Of a stretch of 64,000 nucleotides of DNA, positions 18,378 to 27,798 are shown piece by piece. The stretch is from an uncultured Chloroflexia bacterium (lineage in GTDB: Bacteria; Chloroflexota; Limnocylindria; Limnocylindrales; CSP1-4). The translations under genes were made by a program, and so were the position numbers. The notes beneath the pieces were generated by a model. That model saw only the letters and a list, made by a program, of their open reading frames with translations, was not told where the DNA came from and made no database searches. The stretch lies in assembly GCA_963783055.1 (NCBI GenBank), contig CAWAMB010000004.1, positions 1,251,368 through 1,315,367 on the forward strand, in the 5' to 3' direction. Numbering within the stretch: position 1 is the first letter of the stretch; every line of letters begins with the position of its first letter.

Positions 18378-20185
18378 GCGCTGGCCCGCGCGCGACTTCG
18401 CTCGAGGAGGCGGGCGAGACCCGCTCGCGTCGCGGCCACGATCAGGTCGTCGCCGGCGCCGGCGGCGTCGTCCGCGCCGGGCAGCCAGCGCGCATCGCCG
18501 TCGCCGGGCCCGTCGATCGCCAGGATCCGGCGCTCGCCGGCCTCGTCGAGCTGGCCGACGGCGACGCCACCGAGCGCCGACCCCGCCCCGACCGGGACGC
18601 GCGCGAACAGCATGACCCGGCGATCGCCGACCGGGACCGTGGCGACGACCTCCGAGCCGATCGCCGCCGCCGCAAACGCCGGCGCCGCGAGATGCGACAC
18701 GCTCCGCGTGAAACGGATCCGGAACCCACGCTGGACGCGGACGGCGAAGTCGGGATCGAAGACCCGGACGACGACGCGCAGGTCGGGCCGGACCGCCCGC
18801 GCGTTCAAGGCGACCGCGATGTTGACGAGGTCGTCGCTGGTCGCCGCGATGACCGCCCGGGCGCGCTCGATCCCCAGGTCGGCGAGGATCTCCGGGCTGC
18901 GCGCGTCGCCGGTGATGACCGGGATCCCGGCCGCGCGGGTCGCGGCGGCGAAACGGCTGTCCTCATCGATGTCGGCGACGACGACGGGCACCCCGCGCGA
19001 GGCCACGTCGAGCGCGACCCGGTGGCCGATCGACCCGAGCCCGGCGACGATGACGTGGTCGCGCAGGCCGCCGGGCACCGAGCGCCGGCCCAGCGTCTGG
19101 AGCAGGCGTGAGCGGACGATCGCATCGGTGATCAGGGCGTAGACGACGGCGACAACGGCGGCGCCCACGATCGACAGGACGATTGCGTAGAGCTTCAGGG
19201 CTGCTCCGGCGCGGGTCGGATCGAGGCTGGTCGGGATCGCGGCTCCGGTCAGGAGCGTGATCGCGTACGAGAACGCATCGAGTGGCGTCAGGCCGGCGGT
19301 GAGGGCGAAGAAGAGCGCGGACACCACCGCCAGGCCGAGCAGCACGGCGCCGAACCGCACGAGCCGGCGCTCGGCCCGGATCCGGGGCGGACGGGCGAGA
19401 CCGCCGCGCAGGCGCGACGGCAGAGCCCGGATCCCGCCGCCGACGCCGGCGACGACGTCGCCCGTGGCCTCGAGCGCCTGGTCGAGAACCGTCTGCGCCC
19501 GCTCGCTCGGCGGAGTCCACGCGTGATCGACGTCGACGACGAGCGAGTCGTCCTCGCCGGCCGCAGTGGCGCTGGCCGACGGCGACGCCGGCGGCAGCAG
19601 CTCGACGGTCCGGTCCCGGTGGAGCGTGGCGATCGCGATCGTCGCCAGGAGGTCACGGTCGTCGCCGGATCGCTCGTTCGTCGCGTCGGAGCCAGCCGCG
19701 CGAAGTCGCGTCGAGACGCGGTGACCCGCGAGCTGGAACGTCGCGCCGCCGTCGCCGTCGAGCGCGGCGCTGACGAAGCCCGGCGCGGCGAGGGCCGACG
19801 ACGACAACGCGACGGCGTTCGGGAACAGCGCCTCGATCTGGTTCCCGAGCTCCGGGTCGAACATCCGGAGCACGATCCGGATCGCCGGGTTCAGGTCCTG
19901 GGCGGCGAGCGCGGCATGGACGTTCGCGAGGTCGTTCTCGCCGGTCAGCACGATCGCGACGGCCGTCTGAACGGCCGCCGACCGGAGCACCGCCTCGCGG
20001 CGCGGATCGCCCGTGACGAGCGTCACGCCGGTCAGGCGCTCCTCCGCAGCGACCACGGCGTCGGCGCCGCCGATCCCGACGACCGCCTCGCCTCCGAGTC
20101 GCAGCTCCTCGATCGTGCGCAGTCCGAGATGATCGAGGCCGCACACGACGACGTGGTCGGTGAGGGTCCCCCGTGGTTCGGCCAT
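18374..20185 (-). CDS. RCK(TrkA-N)-pore-RCK ion channel family protein
   Basis: 603-aa ORF. Two Rossmann-type TrkA-N domains (VVVCGLDHLGLR; VIVAGLGSIGHR) flank a 2-TM pore-like segment (FSYAITLLTGAAIP). Confidence 0.8.
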   Translation of the reverse strand: MAEPRGTLTDHVVVCGLDHLGLRTIEELRLGGEAVVGIGGADAVVAAEERLTGVTLVTGDPRREAVLRSAAVQTAVAIVLTGENDLANVHAALAAQDLNPAIRIVLRMFDPELGNQIEALFPNAVALSSSALAAPGFVSAALDGDGGATFQLAGHRVSTRLRAAGSDATNERSGDDRDLLATIAIATLHRDRTVELLPPASPSASATAAGEDDSLVVDVDHAWTPPSERAQTVLDQALEATGDVVAGVGGGIRALPSRLRGGLARPPRIRAERRLVRFGAVLLGLAVVSALFFALTAGLTPLDAFSYAITLLTGAAIPTSLDPTRAGAALKLYAIVLSIVGAAVVAVVYALITDAIVRSRLLQTLGRRSVPGGLRDHVIVAGLGSIGHRVALDVASRGVPVVVADIDEDSRFAAATRAAGIPVITGDARSPEILADLGIERARAVIAATSDDLVNIAVALNARAVRPDLRVVVRVFDPDFAVRVQRGFRIRFTRSVSHLAAPAFAAAAIGSEVVATVPVGDRRVMLFARVPVGAGSALGGVAVGQLDEAGERRILAIDGPGDGDARWLPGADDAAGAGDDLIVAATRAGLARLLERSRARASA

Positions 20186-20217
20186 CGGCGCAGTCTACGG
20201 TCCGCGGACCACGCGGA

Positions 20218-20551
20218 TCAGGGCGTGAACACCTCGACGATGTCCGAGACGGACAGCATCGCCGCCCGCCCTCCGCCGATGACGTACCACCGACCGTCGA
20301 CCACGGCGGAGGCGAGTCCGTGGCGTTTCGTCGGCAGGTCGGGTGCGCGCGACCACGTCATCGTCGCGAGGTCCAGCACCTCGTGCTGCGGATCGGTGCT
20401 GACCGACGTGAGGTCTTCGCCGCCGGCTGTGTGAATCCGGCCGTCGATCACATCGGCCGCCATCCCGCCGCGAGCGGTCGGCAGCGGCGGCAACGTCGCC
20501 CATGCGTTCGTGGCCGGGTCGTACGCCTCGACCGCCGCGAGATTCGACTAC
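20218..20551 (-). pseudogene. Kelch-repeat protein C-terminal remnant (about 2 blades)
   Basis: Hand translation: SNLAAVEAYDPATNAWATLPPLPTARGGMAADVIDGRIHTAGGED...WSRAPDLPTKRHGLASAVVDGRWYVIGGG. An in-frame TAG lies just upstream (about 20552-20554). The MMPL gene starts divergently at 20610, so there is no room for a full propeller. Confidence 0.4.
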
Positions 20552-20609
20552 GCTCCACCGCGGGTCGAAGTTCAGGCAGACCGGTGCTTCGGGTACCCTG
20601 ACGGCCGCG

Positions 20610-22904
20610 ATGACCCCGTCCGATCCGTCCCCTTCGACCCCCAAGGCGCCGCCCTGGACTGCGCGCGTCGCGGGCTGGAGCGCCCGTCATCGCTGGCCGG
20701 TCTTCGGCCTCTGGTTCCTGGTCACGATCGGGATCTTCGTCGTGAGCCTGCTCGCCGGCGGGACGCGGGCCGTCGAGGCGGTCTCGAACGACGAGCGGGC
20801 GAAGTACGAGGCCGGCGAGGCGTACGTGCTCTGGAACGAGGCCAACCCGCCGACGGGCCAGGAGGAGCCGGCGTCGCAGCAGTTCCTCCTGATCGTGTCG
20901 AGCCCCGACCGGACCGTCGACGACCCGGCGTTCGCCGCCGACGTCGCCGCGATCACGAAGCGGCTCGCCGCCATCCAGGCCACGGTCGACGGCGTCAGCG
21001 GGACGGTCATCTCCGATCTCGTCGATCCGATCGGTGTGCCGCAGGCGGCCGGGCTCGTCTCGCCCGACAAGACCACGGTCCGCCTCGTCGGACGTGTCGC
21101 CGGCGAGGGGGCGACGGTCGCCGCCCGCCTCGAGCCGGTGCCCGCCGCGGTCGCGGAGATCATGGCCGCCTATCCGGCGTACCGGATCCACGCGCTGAAC
21201 AACACGATCGCCAACAACGAGATCAGCGAGCTGATCAACGGCGGCCTCGATGCGTCGCTCCGGCTGACGATCCCGCTGACGTTCCTGATCCTGCTGGCAG
21301 CGTTCGGCGCGGTGGTTGCGGCGGTGATTCCGCTGGTCCTCGCGATCACCGCCCTGCTCGCGGCGTTCGGGATCCTCGGCCTGTACAGCCAGACCGTCTC
21401 AGCGGTCAGCCCGTACGCGAGCCAGCTCGTCGTGTTGATCGGGCTCGCGGTGGCGGTCGACTACTCGCTCTTCATGCTCACCCGGTTCCGGACGGAGCGT
21501 CGCCATGGCCGGCCGAAGCTCGCCGCGATCGACGTCGCGAGCAACACCGCCGGACGAGCGGTGTTCTTCTCCGGCCTCGCGGTGATGATCTCGATCGGCG
21601 GACTGTTCCTGCTCGACGACCCGCTCTTCCGCTCGATGGCGATCGGGACCATCTCGGTCGTGTTCGTCGCCGTGATCGGGTCGCTGACCTTCCTGCCGGC
21701 GACGCTGGCGATCCTCGGCGACGGCGTGAACCGGCTGCGGCTGCCGTTCGTCAGCCGGGATCGACCCGAGGGGAGCGGCCTCTGGGCGACGCTCGTCCGG
21801 TGGGTCATGCGCCGACCCGTCATCGCCGCCGTCGCGACGTCGGCCCTGCTGATCGTCGTGGCGTCACCGGTGGTCCGGCTCCACATGGGCCAGGCCGACT
21901 TCACCTCGTTCCCGGACTCGCTCGACGGCGTCCAGGCGGTCAACCTCCTCAACGAGAAGTGGCCGAGCGGCTCGGACCTCGACCTGTCCGTCGTCGTCAC
22001 CCGGGCCGACGAGGCGCCGACCAAGGCGGCCATCGACAAGCTGACCGCCGCGGTCCTCGTGATCCCGGGGCTGAGCGGCCCGCCCGAGACGATCACCTCA
22101 TCGGACGGTCACCTCGTCTTCATCAACTACCTGATGGCCGGTGGCAGCAATGACATCCAGAACCAGGACATCGTCCGCCAGGTCCGCACGAGCGTCGTCC
22201 CGACGGCGTTCGCGGGTCTGACCGGCGTGCGAGCGCTGGTCACCGGCGACGCCGCGTACACGCTCGATGTCGTCGACTTCTACGCCCGCGGGATGCCGAT
22301 CGTCATGGCCTTCGTGCTCGCCCTGTCGTTCGTGCTCCTGCTGGTGGCGTTCCGCTCGATCGTCATCCCGATCAAGGCGATCCTGCTCAACCTGCTGTCG
22401 ACCGGGGCCGCCTTCGGGCTCCTCGTGCTGGTGTTCCAGGAAGGCTGGCTGTCCGATCAGCTCGGGTTCAAGGCTGGCCCGATCGAGTCGTTCATCCCGG
22501 TCTTCATCTTCACCATCCTGTTCGGGCTCTCGATGGACTACCACGTCTTCATCCTGACCCGCATCAAGGAGGCCCGCGATCACGGGCTGTCGTCGAACGA
22601 GGCGGTCGCGCGCGGGATCGCGATCACGTCGGGGACGATCACGAGCGCGGCCGCGATCATGGTCGTCGTGTTCGCGGTCTTCGTGACCCTCGAGCTGACG
22701 ATCATCAAGCAGCTCGGGTTCGGGCTGGCGGTCGCAGTGTTCCTCGACGCGACGATCGTGCGGAGCGTGCTCCTGCCCGCCACGATGCGGCTCCTCGGGG
22801 AGTGGAACTGGTGGCTGCCGTCGTGGCTCGGCTGGCTGCCCCACGTGACGATCGAGGGCGAGGTCGACGAGGACGAGACCGCGCCGCTGACGGCCGCGAC
22901 CTGA
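20610..22904 (+). CDS. MMPL family (RND-type) membrane transporter
   Basis: ORF 20502..22904 trimmed to ATG 20610. RHRWPVFGLWFLV N-terminus, two 6-TM bundles, LSMDYHVFILTRIKE. Confidence 0.9.
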   Translation: MTPSDPSPSTPKAPPWTARVAGWSARHRWPVFGLWFLVTIGIFVVSLLAGGTRAVEAVSNDERAKYEAGEAYVLWNEANPPTGQEEPASQQFLLIVSSPDRTVDDPAFAADVAAITKRLAAIQATVDGVSGTVISDLVDPIGVPQAAGLVSPDKTTVRLVGRVAGEGATVAARLEPVPAAVAEIMAAYPAYRIHALNNTIANNEISELINGGLDASLRLTIPLTFLILLAAFGAVVAAVIPLVLAITALLAAFGILGLYSQTVSAVSPYASQLVVLIGLAVAVDYSLFMLTRFRTERRHGRPKLAAIDVASNTAGRAVFFSGLAVMISIGGLFLLDDPLFRSMAIGTISVVFVAVIGSLTFLPATLAILGDGVNRLRLPFVSRDRPEGSGLWATLVRWVMRRPVIAAVATSALLIVVASPVVRLHMGQADFTSFPDSLDGVQAVNLLNEKWPSGSDLDLSVVVTRADEAPTKAAIDKLTAAVLVIPGLSGPPETITSSDGHLVFINYLMAGGSNDIQNQDIVRQVRTSVVPTAFAGLTGVRALVTGDAAYTLDVVDFYARGMPIVMAFVLALSFVLLLVAFRSIVIPIKAILLNLLSTGAAFGLLVLVFQEGWLSDQLGFKAGPIESFIPVFIFTILFGLSMDYHVFILTRIKEARDHGLSSNEAVARGIAITSGTITSAAAIMVVVFAVFVTLELTIIKQLGFGLAVAVFLDATIVRSVLLPATMRLLGEWNWWLPSWLGWLPHVTIEGEVDEDETAPLTAAT

Positions 22905-22920
22905 ACGGCTCGTCGAGGCC

Positions 22921-23139
22921 CTAGCCGTCGGTCCCGGTTCGCTCGGCTGGAGGATCAGACGGATCGTTCAGATGCCACACCCGACGCATCAGCCGCTCGA
23001 TCTCCGAGTCGACGGCCTGCCACTCCGGGCTCCCCGGCAACTCGGCCCTGCGACGCTCCTCGAGCTTCAGGAGGCGTTCTCGCAAATCGAGCAGGTCGTC
23101 CACCTGGCTAAGGCTGCCGGGTGCGATCGGAGACGTCAT
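22921..23139 (-). CDS. hypothetical small coiled-coil protein
   Basis: 72-aa ORF with balanced composition (LLDLRERLLKLEERRRAEL...EIERLMRRVWHL). No family recognised. Confidence 0.4.
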   Translation of the reverse strand: MTSPIAPGSLSQVDDLLDLRERLLKLEERRRAELPGSPEWQAVDSEIERLMRRVWHLNDPSDPPAERTGTDG

Positions 23140-23219
23140 GACGGACCGTCATGTCCGCGATGGAGCGACGACCGTTGGCCGGATCGGCGCGTGCTGCGGT
23201 AGACTCGCTCCTCGCTACC

Positions 23220-23294
23220 GGGCCGGTAGCTCAATGGCAGAGCAACTGACTCTTAATCAGTTGGTTGGGAGTTCGAGTCTCCCCCGGCTCACCA
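23220..23294 (+). tRNA. tRNA-Lys (anticodon CTT), CCA encoded
   Basis: Hand-folded cloverleaf. Acceptor GGGCCGG/CCGGCTC with one G-U pair. D arm GCTC-AATGGCA-GAGC. Anticodon arm ACTGA-CTCTTAA-TCAGT. T arm GGGAG-TTCGAGT-CTCCC. Discriminator A plus CCA. Confidence 0.95.
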
Positions 23295-23314
23295 AACTCA
23301 GCACGCACGAAACT

Positions 23315-23345
23315 GCCCTTTCCGGCCGCCGGAAAGGGCGTTTCT
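23315..23345 (+). terminator. intrinsic terminator-like hairpin after the tRNA
   Basis: GCCCTTTCCGG-CCG-CCGGAAAGGGC, an 11-bp perfect stem, followed by GTTTCT. Confidence 0.6.
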
Positions 23346-23681
23346 CCGTCCATACCACCGGCCGTACCACCATCTGCTGGAGCCGGGGTCGCGCGCGCCC
23401 ACCCTTGACTTCAGAGAGCCCCGGCCTCGGCGACCGGACGCGGCGCCGGAAGATCCTAGCGGGCCGCGTCGATCGCGTCGGCCCGCAGGACGCCAGTCGC
23501 GAAGGGACCAAGGACCGCGGCGTGGGCTGAGTCGGCGGCGACCCACCGACGACGGCGCCCACCGGCTGTTCGACGAGGCGACGCGGCTCGTACATCAAAT
23601 CCAGCCGATGGTCCTATTTTAGGCTCCCATCCGCTTGCGTACGCTCGGGCCAACGACGCCAGTCAGAGGTCCACCCATCTC

Positions 23682-25499
23682 GTGTTCGGTTCCGAGCCGC
23701 GCGTGCGAAAGCCCGTTCTCCTGCTGCTTGTCTTCGGCGTGCTCCTGGTCCTCGTCGGGATCACGGCCACGGCGCAGGCGGTGATGGTTTCCGCGTACGC
23801 CTCGACGTCGACCTTCAGCTCGATCGTCGAGAGCGACGTGGCGACCGTTCGAGGGTTCGTCCAGCAGGGCCTTCAGGGGATCGACGGCGACGACACCGAT
23901 CAGGCGGGCATCGTCGATGCGAGCGACCAACTCGCGACCTTGCTGGCCAAGGGCGGCATCGTCCACGCCGAGATCCGCCTGCCGGATGGACGCATCATCG
24001 CCTCGAGCAGCCCGGCATCGCAGGGCGTCACCGCCGCAGCCAGCCCGGACTTCCTCGCCGCGGTCGGCGGCGAGCCGCGGATTGCCCTTCTCGACCGGAC
24101 GCTTGCGGAGGCAGATTCGCGCGACCTGCCGGCCAGCGTGCTGCAGGAGTACCTGCCACTCCGCCAGGCCGGTCGGACGATCCTCGTCGTTGCCCTCTGG
24201 CGGGATGCCGTGCCCGTCCTGTCGCGCCTCGATGGGCTGCGCCGCGACGTCGTGCTGGTCACCCTGACGGCGGCCCTGATCGCCGCGGGGGTCCTCTTCC
24301 TGGTCTTCCGATCGGCGCAGGCGACCATCCAGCGCCAGACCGCCGCACTGGTCCGAGCCACCCGGCTCGACCCGCTGACCGGGCAACTGAATCACGGCGC
24401 GCTCGTCGGCCACCTTGCGGGTGAGATCGAGCAGGCCCGAGCCGCCGGTGGACCGCTCGGGGTCGCCCTCGTCGACGTCGACAACTTCCGGCTGCTGAAC
24501 GACAACCACGGCCACGCGGCCGGAGACGAAACGCTCCTGGCGGTCGCCGCGGCCATCGGCCGGCACCTCCCGGCGGGGGCCATGATGGGCCGATACGGGC
24601 CGGATGAGTTCCTGATCGTCGCCGGCGCCGCGTCGCTCCACGAGCTCGAACCCGCCGTCGCGCGGGTCCGGACCGATCTCGCGGACCTCGCCCTGCAGTT
24701 CGAGGCGACGGAACGACTGCCACTCACCGTCAGCGCCGGGATCTGCACCTTCCCGGACCACGGCGCGTCGGTCACCGAGCTGCTTGCCACCGCCTTCGCG
24801 ACCGTTCAGGAAGCCCGGGCGAGCGGCGGCGACGCGGTTCGCATTGCGGGCATCGACAGCCAGCGCCTGCCCGCTGCCGCGGGCTTCGACGTCCTGCAGG
24901 GACTCGTCTTCGCCGTCGACACGAAGGATCGCTACACCAAGCGACACTCGGAGGACGTCGCCCGCTACGGCGTCTTCCTGGGCGAGCGTCTCGGGCTCGA
25001 GCCTGAGGTCCTCGAGTCCATCCACACGGCCGGACTGCTCCATGACATCGGCAAGATCGGAATCCCGGACGTGATCCTGCGCAAGCCCGCGCGACTGACC
25101 GCAGAGGAGTACGAGGTCGTCAAGCAGCACGTGGCGCTCGGGGACATGATCGTTCGCGATCTGCCTGACGTCGAGGCCGTGCGAGCCGGTGTTCGTCACC
25201 ACCATGAGCGGTGGGACGGGCGTGGCTACCTCCACGCGCTGAGCGGCGAGGACATTCCCCTGGTCGCGCGGATCCTGGCGGTCGGCGACGCGTTCTCGGC
25301 GATGACGACCACGCGACCCTACCGCAAGGCCCTCGACATCCGCGAAGCCCTGAGCCGGCTCGGCGATGCGGCCGGCACCCAGCTCGATGAACGCCTGGTG
25401 GCAGCGTTCATCCGTGGTGTCGAAGAGTCGCCGGAGATTGCCGAGCGCCAGGCAGGCTCATCGGCAGCCTTGTGGAGACCGGGCCGGAGGGTCGCGTGA
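23682..25499 (+). CDS. membrane sensor with degenerate GGDEF domain (GPDEF) and HD-GYP phosphodiesterase domain
   Basis: 605-aa ORF. N-terminal TM, periplasmic-like region, second TM. Motifs seen: DPLTGQLNHGAL...RYGPDEFLIV, then HSEDVARY...LLHDIGKIGIPD...HHERWDGRGYL. Confidence 0.9.
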   Translation: MFGSEPRVRKPVLLLLVFGVLLVLVGITATAQAVMVSAYASTSTFSSIVESDVATVRGFVQQGLQGIDGDDTDQAGIVDASDQLATLLAKGGIVHAEIRLPDGRIIASSSPASQGVTAAASPDFLAAVGGEPRIALLDRTLAEADSRDLPASVLQEYLPLRQAGRTILVVALWRDAVPVLSRLDGLRRDVVLVTLTAALIAAGVLFLVFRSAQATIQRQTAALVRATRLDPLTGQLNHGALVGHLAGEIEQARAAGGPLGVALVDVDNFRLLNDNHGHAAGDETLLAVAAAIGRHLPAGAMMGRYGPDEFLIVAGAASLHELEPAVARVRTDLADLALQFEATERLPLTVSAGICTFPDHGASVTELLATAFATVQEARASGGDAVRIAGIDSQRLPAAAGFDVLQGLVFAVDTKDRYTKRHSEDVARYGVFLGERLGLEPEVLESIHTAGLLHDIGKIGIPDVILRKPARLTAEEYEVVKQHVALGDMIVRDLPDVEAVRAGVRHHHERWDGRGYLHALSGEDIPLVARILAVGDAFSAMTTTRPYRKALDIREALSRLGDAAGTQLDERLVAAFIRGVEESPEIAERQAGSSAALWRPGRRVA

Positions 25500-26711
25500 C
25501 GAGGCGTCGTGGACGCATCGCCGCGATCGCGGCCCTTGCAGCGGTCGTTGCGGCGCTGCCCGCAACGGCCCTGGCGGCACGGGCGTGGACGCTCGATCGA
25601 ACACCGAGCACCCTCCAGGCCGGGACGCAGACCGCCATCACCCTGACCGCGAAGAACACCGGCGACGACGGCGGCGGGTCCGAGATCTCGTGCATCTCGA
25701 TCGTGATCCCCTCGACATTCGCGGTGAACTCCTTCTCGATCGTGTCCGTGAAGGGCAGCACCCAGCCAGCGACCCATGACTGGGTGGCCCTGTCTTCGGC
25801 GTCCGGCTCGACGCGCGTGACGTTCAAGAATCCAGGCGACAAGAATCCCCTCGTCGGTCTTCCCAAGGCCGGCGATGTAGCCGTGTTCAGGATCGTCGGG
25901 ACGGCATCGGCATCGGGCTCGATGACCTGGACCGGATCCGCGTTCGACAAGCCCGGAGCTTCGGGTTCGGCGACGTGCGGTTCGGGCAGTGGCCCGACGA
26001 TCGGGCTCTCCTTCTCGGTCGGGGGACCCGCGCCGACGCCGACGCCGATCCCGACCCCAACGCCCACCCCGGTCCCGACCCCGGCGCCGACGCCCACGCC
26101 CACCCCGGTCCCGACAACTGCCGCCCACCCCCAAGCCAACGCCCAAGCCAACGCCGACGCCCGGACCGACAGCCCAGCCGACGCCAGTCCCGACCGCAGG
26201 CCCGACGGCACAGCCGACGGCCGGCGCGACGCCGGCGGCCACCCCGACGGCGACCGCCCCCGGTGGACCCGCGGAGAGCGCGGCGCCGTCCGGACCAGCG
26301 CCTGGATCGCCGACGCCCGATCCGCTCCCGACCGCCTCTGCCGGCGCCTCAGATCCTGCCTCCGCGACGCCGGAGCCAACGTCCGCGCCGGGCGCGACCG
26401 CGACGCCCTCGGACCGCCCGACCTCGGCGGGAACGCTCACGGTCGGCGGCGACGATCCAGGCAGCGGTCAGGGACGGCCGATCGCGAATCTCGATGGGGC
26501 GGTCACCTCGGCGCTCATGCAGCTCGGTCTCGCAGGATGGAGCGTGCCGGCGGTCGTCCTCGGGGTTCCCGGTCTGCTCGTGCTCCTCGTGGTCATCCTT
26601 CAGCTCGCGGGTGGCGCCGCCTGGCTGCCCATCACGCGGCGCTGGCTGGCTCGGGCGGGAACACCGACGGACGAGCGGCGGACCGGACCGCGCAAGCGGC
26701 CGGCCAGCTGA
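25496..26711 (+). CDS. secreted/anchored surface protein with Pro/Thr-rich stalk and C-terminal TM helix; +1 frame break about 26117-26121
   Basis: GTG 25496 (GTGA overlap). Signal peptide RRRGRIAAIAALAAVVAALPATALA. A ~170-aa beta-rich domain is in frame 2. The PT stalk and TM anchor (VPAVVLGVPGLLVLLVVILQL) are in frame 3 (ORF 25989..26711). Confidence 0.65.
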
Positions 26712-26774
26712 GCGGTCGTTCCTCGTGGGTGAGTCGCGGCCTGCCGCGCGATCAAAGGCGGCCGGATCGCCGGA

Positions 26775-27098
26775 TCAGCCGCCGACGGGCTGCAGCGCGT
26801 CCTCTTCCTGGGGGATTCCGGTCACCTGACCACGGCCCGAGAGGCGCAGCGGGGTCGTGCGTGCGCCGTTGATGACCTCGAGCTTGGCGTGCCCGCGGAA
26901 TTCGCCCTGATCGGTGGATCCGACGAGCTCCCCCTCGACCGGCAGGATCGCGTCGATGTCATCGCCGCCGAGGCCGGTCCACAACTTGATGCCGAGGATC
27001 TCCGCCGCTGTGGTCGTGAAGATCTTGACCGTGACGTCGCTGATCGGGATCCCCTCGAAGGTGACATCTCGCAGGGTGAAGATCGTCCGGTCCGTCAT
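26775..27098 (-). CDS. hypothetical protein
   Basis: ORF 26775..27170 trimmed to Met25 (MTDRTIFTLRDVTFEG...). Balanced composition. GAGG lies upstream. No family recognised. Confidence 0.45.
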   Translation of the reverse strand: MTDRTIFTLRDVTFEGIPISDVTVKIFTTTAAEILGIKLWTGLGGDDIDAILPVEGELVGSTDQGEFRGHAKLEVINGARTTPLRLSGRGQVTGIPQEEDALQPVGG

Positions 27099-27269
27099 GG
27101 TGTGCCGCCTCGTCTGGTATCGCGCCCCAGGACCCCCCGGCACCCCACAGGATAGTCCTGCACCGCCCACATGTGCCAGCCGTTCTCGGCGGTCCGGCTA
27201 TCGATCTCACCCAAGGTCGAAGTGACGGGTCGTCATGACGGGCAGCCATCTCCGCGGCACGCTCGACGG

Positions 27270-27491
27270 ATGCCATACCGAACCGAGGCAGAGGTCGTGC
27301 TGGCCATGTGGCGCGACATCGAGCCCAGGCTGGCAGACGCTCCGCCGGACTCTGACGAATCAGCTCGCTTGACCGAGATCTGGGCGATGCTCCGGGCCGA
27401 GCACAAGCGCCTGACCGACCTCGCCGTTGCGCATCATCGGCCTGATCCCGCGCCGTGGCCCGAGCGTGAAGCCGCCAATTCGACGACCTAG
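27270..27491 (+). CDS. hypothetical small protein
   Basis: ORF 27171..27491 trimmed to Met34 (MPYRTEAEVVLAMWRDIEPRL...). Weak support only. Confidence 0.3.
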   Translation: MPYRTEAEVVLAMWRDIEPRLADAPPDSDESARLTEIWAMLRAEHKRLTDLAVAHHRPDPAPWPEREAANSTT

Positions 27492-27757
27492 CGCCTCGGT
27501 TGGGACGCCACGTGGCGCTCCAGCCGATCGATCCGGCGGGCGACCGTCGCCTGCGGGGCACAGCAAAACGGGCACGCCCCCACTTCGCGTGGCCTCGTGC
27601 CCGTTCGCCACGACTGTCGCCCAGTCGAAACCCGCCATCGATCACCCGGAGGTACTGCCTCCGATCGACTCGGGTGGACCAGGGCATTTGCCTGGCCGGA
27701 CAGCCGGCGCCGTGCCGCCGGCGGCTCGATCCTGCTACCCTTCGACCATCCTTGACG

Positions 27758-27798
27758 GCCGGTCCTGTGAGGCCGGCGAACCGGTCCCGTGAGGCCGG
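27758..27798 (+). promoter_or_regulatory. two tandem hairpins with UCCYGUGAGG loops, PyrR-binding-loop-like, in the carA leader
   Basis: GCCGG-TCCTGTGAGG-CCGGC followed by CCGG-TCCCGTGAGG-CCGG, then GAAGGGAGG. The loops resemble the PyrR box UCCAGAGAGG. No pyrR gene is in the window. Confidence 0.3.

Noticed and set aside
20195-21191. Minus-strand ORFs 20195..20644 and 20448..21191 as possible upstream continuation of the Kelch fragment
   Set aside because: Their translations are R/D/G-rich and lack Kelch motifs. The region from 20610 onward encodes a convincing MMPL N-terminus on the plus strand.
23138-23530. 130-aa plus-strand ORF
   Set aside because: It reads straight through the tRNA-Lys gene and its terminator, so it is not coding.
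23346-23681. Looked for an integrase remnant or att repeat next to tRNA-Lys (for example the minus-strand ORF 23456..23653 ending ...AAVLGPFATGVLRADAIDAAR)
   Set aside because: No integrase or recombinase motifs were found. By eye there is no copy of the tRNA 3' end downstream. The short ORF has no recognisable family, so it is left unannotated.
23619-25235. 538-aa minus-strand ORF opposite the GGDEF/HD-GYP gene
   Set aside because: Antisense shadow ORF for the same reasons.
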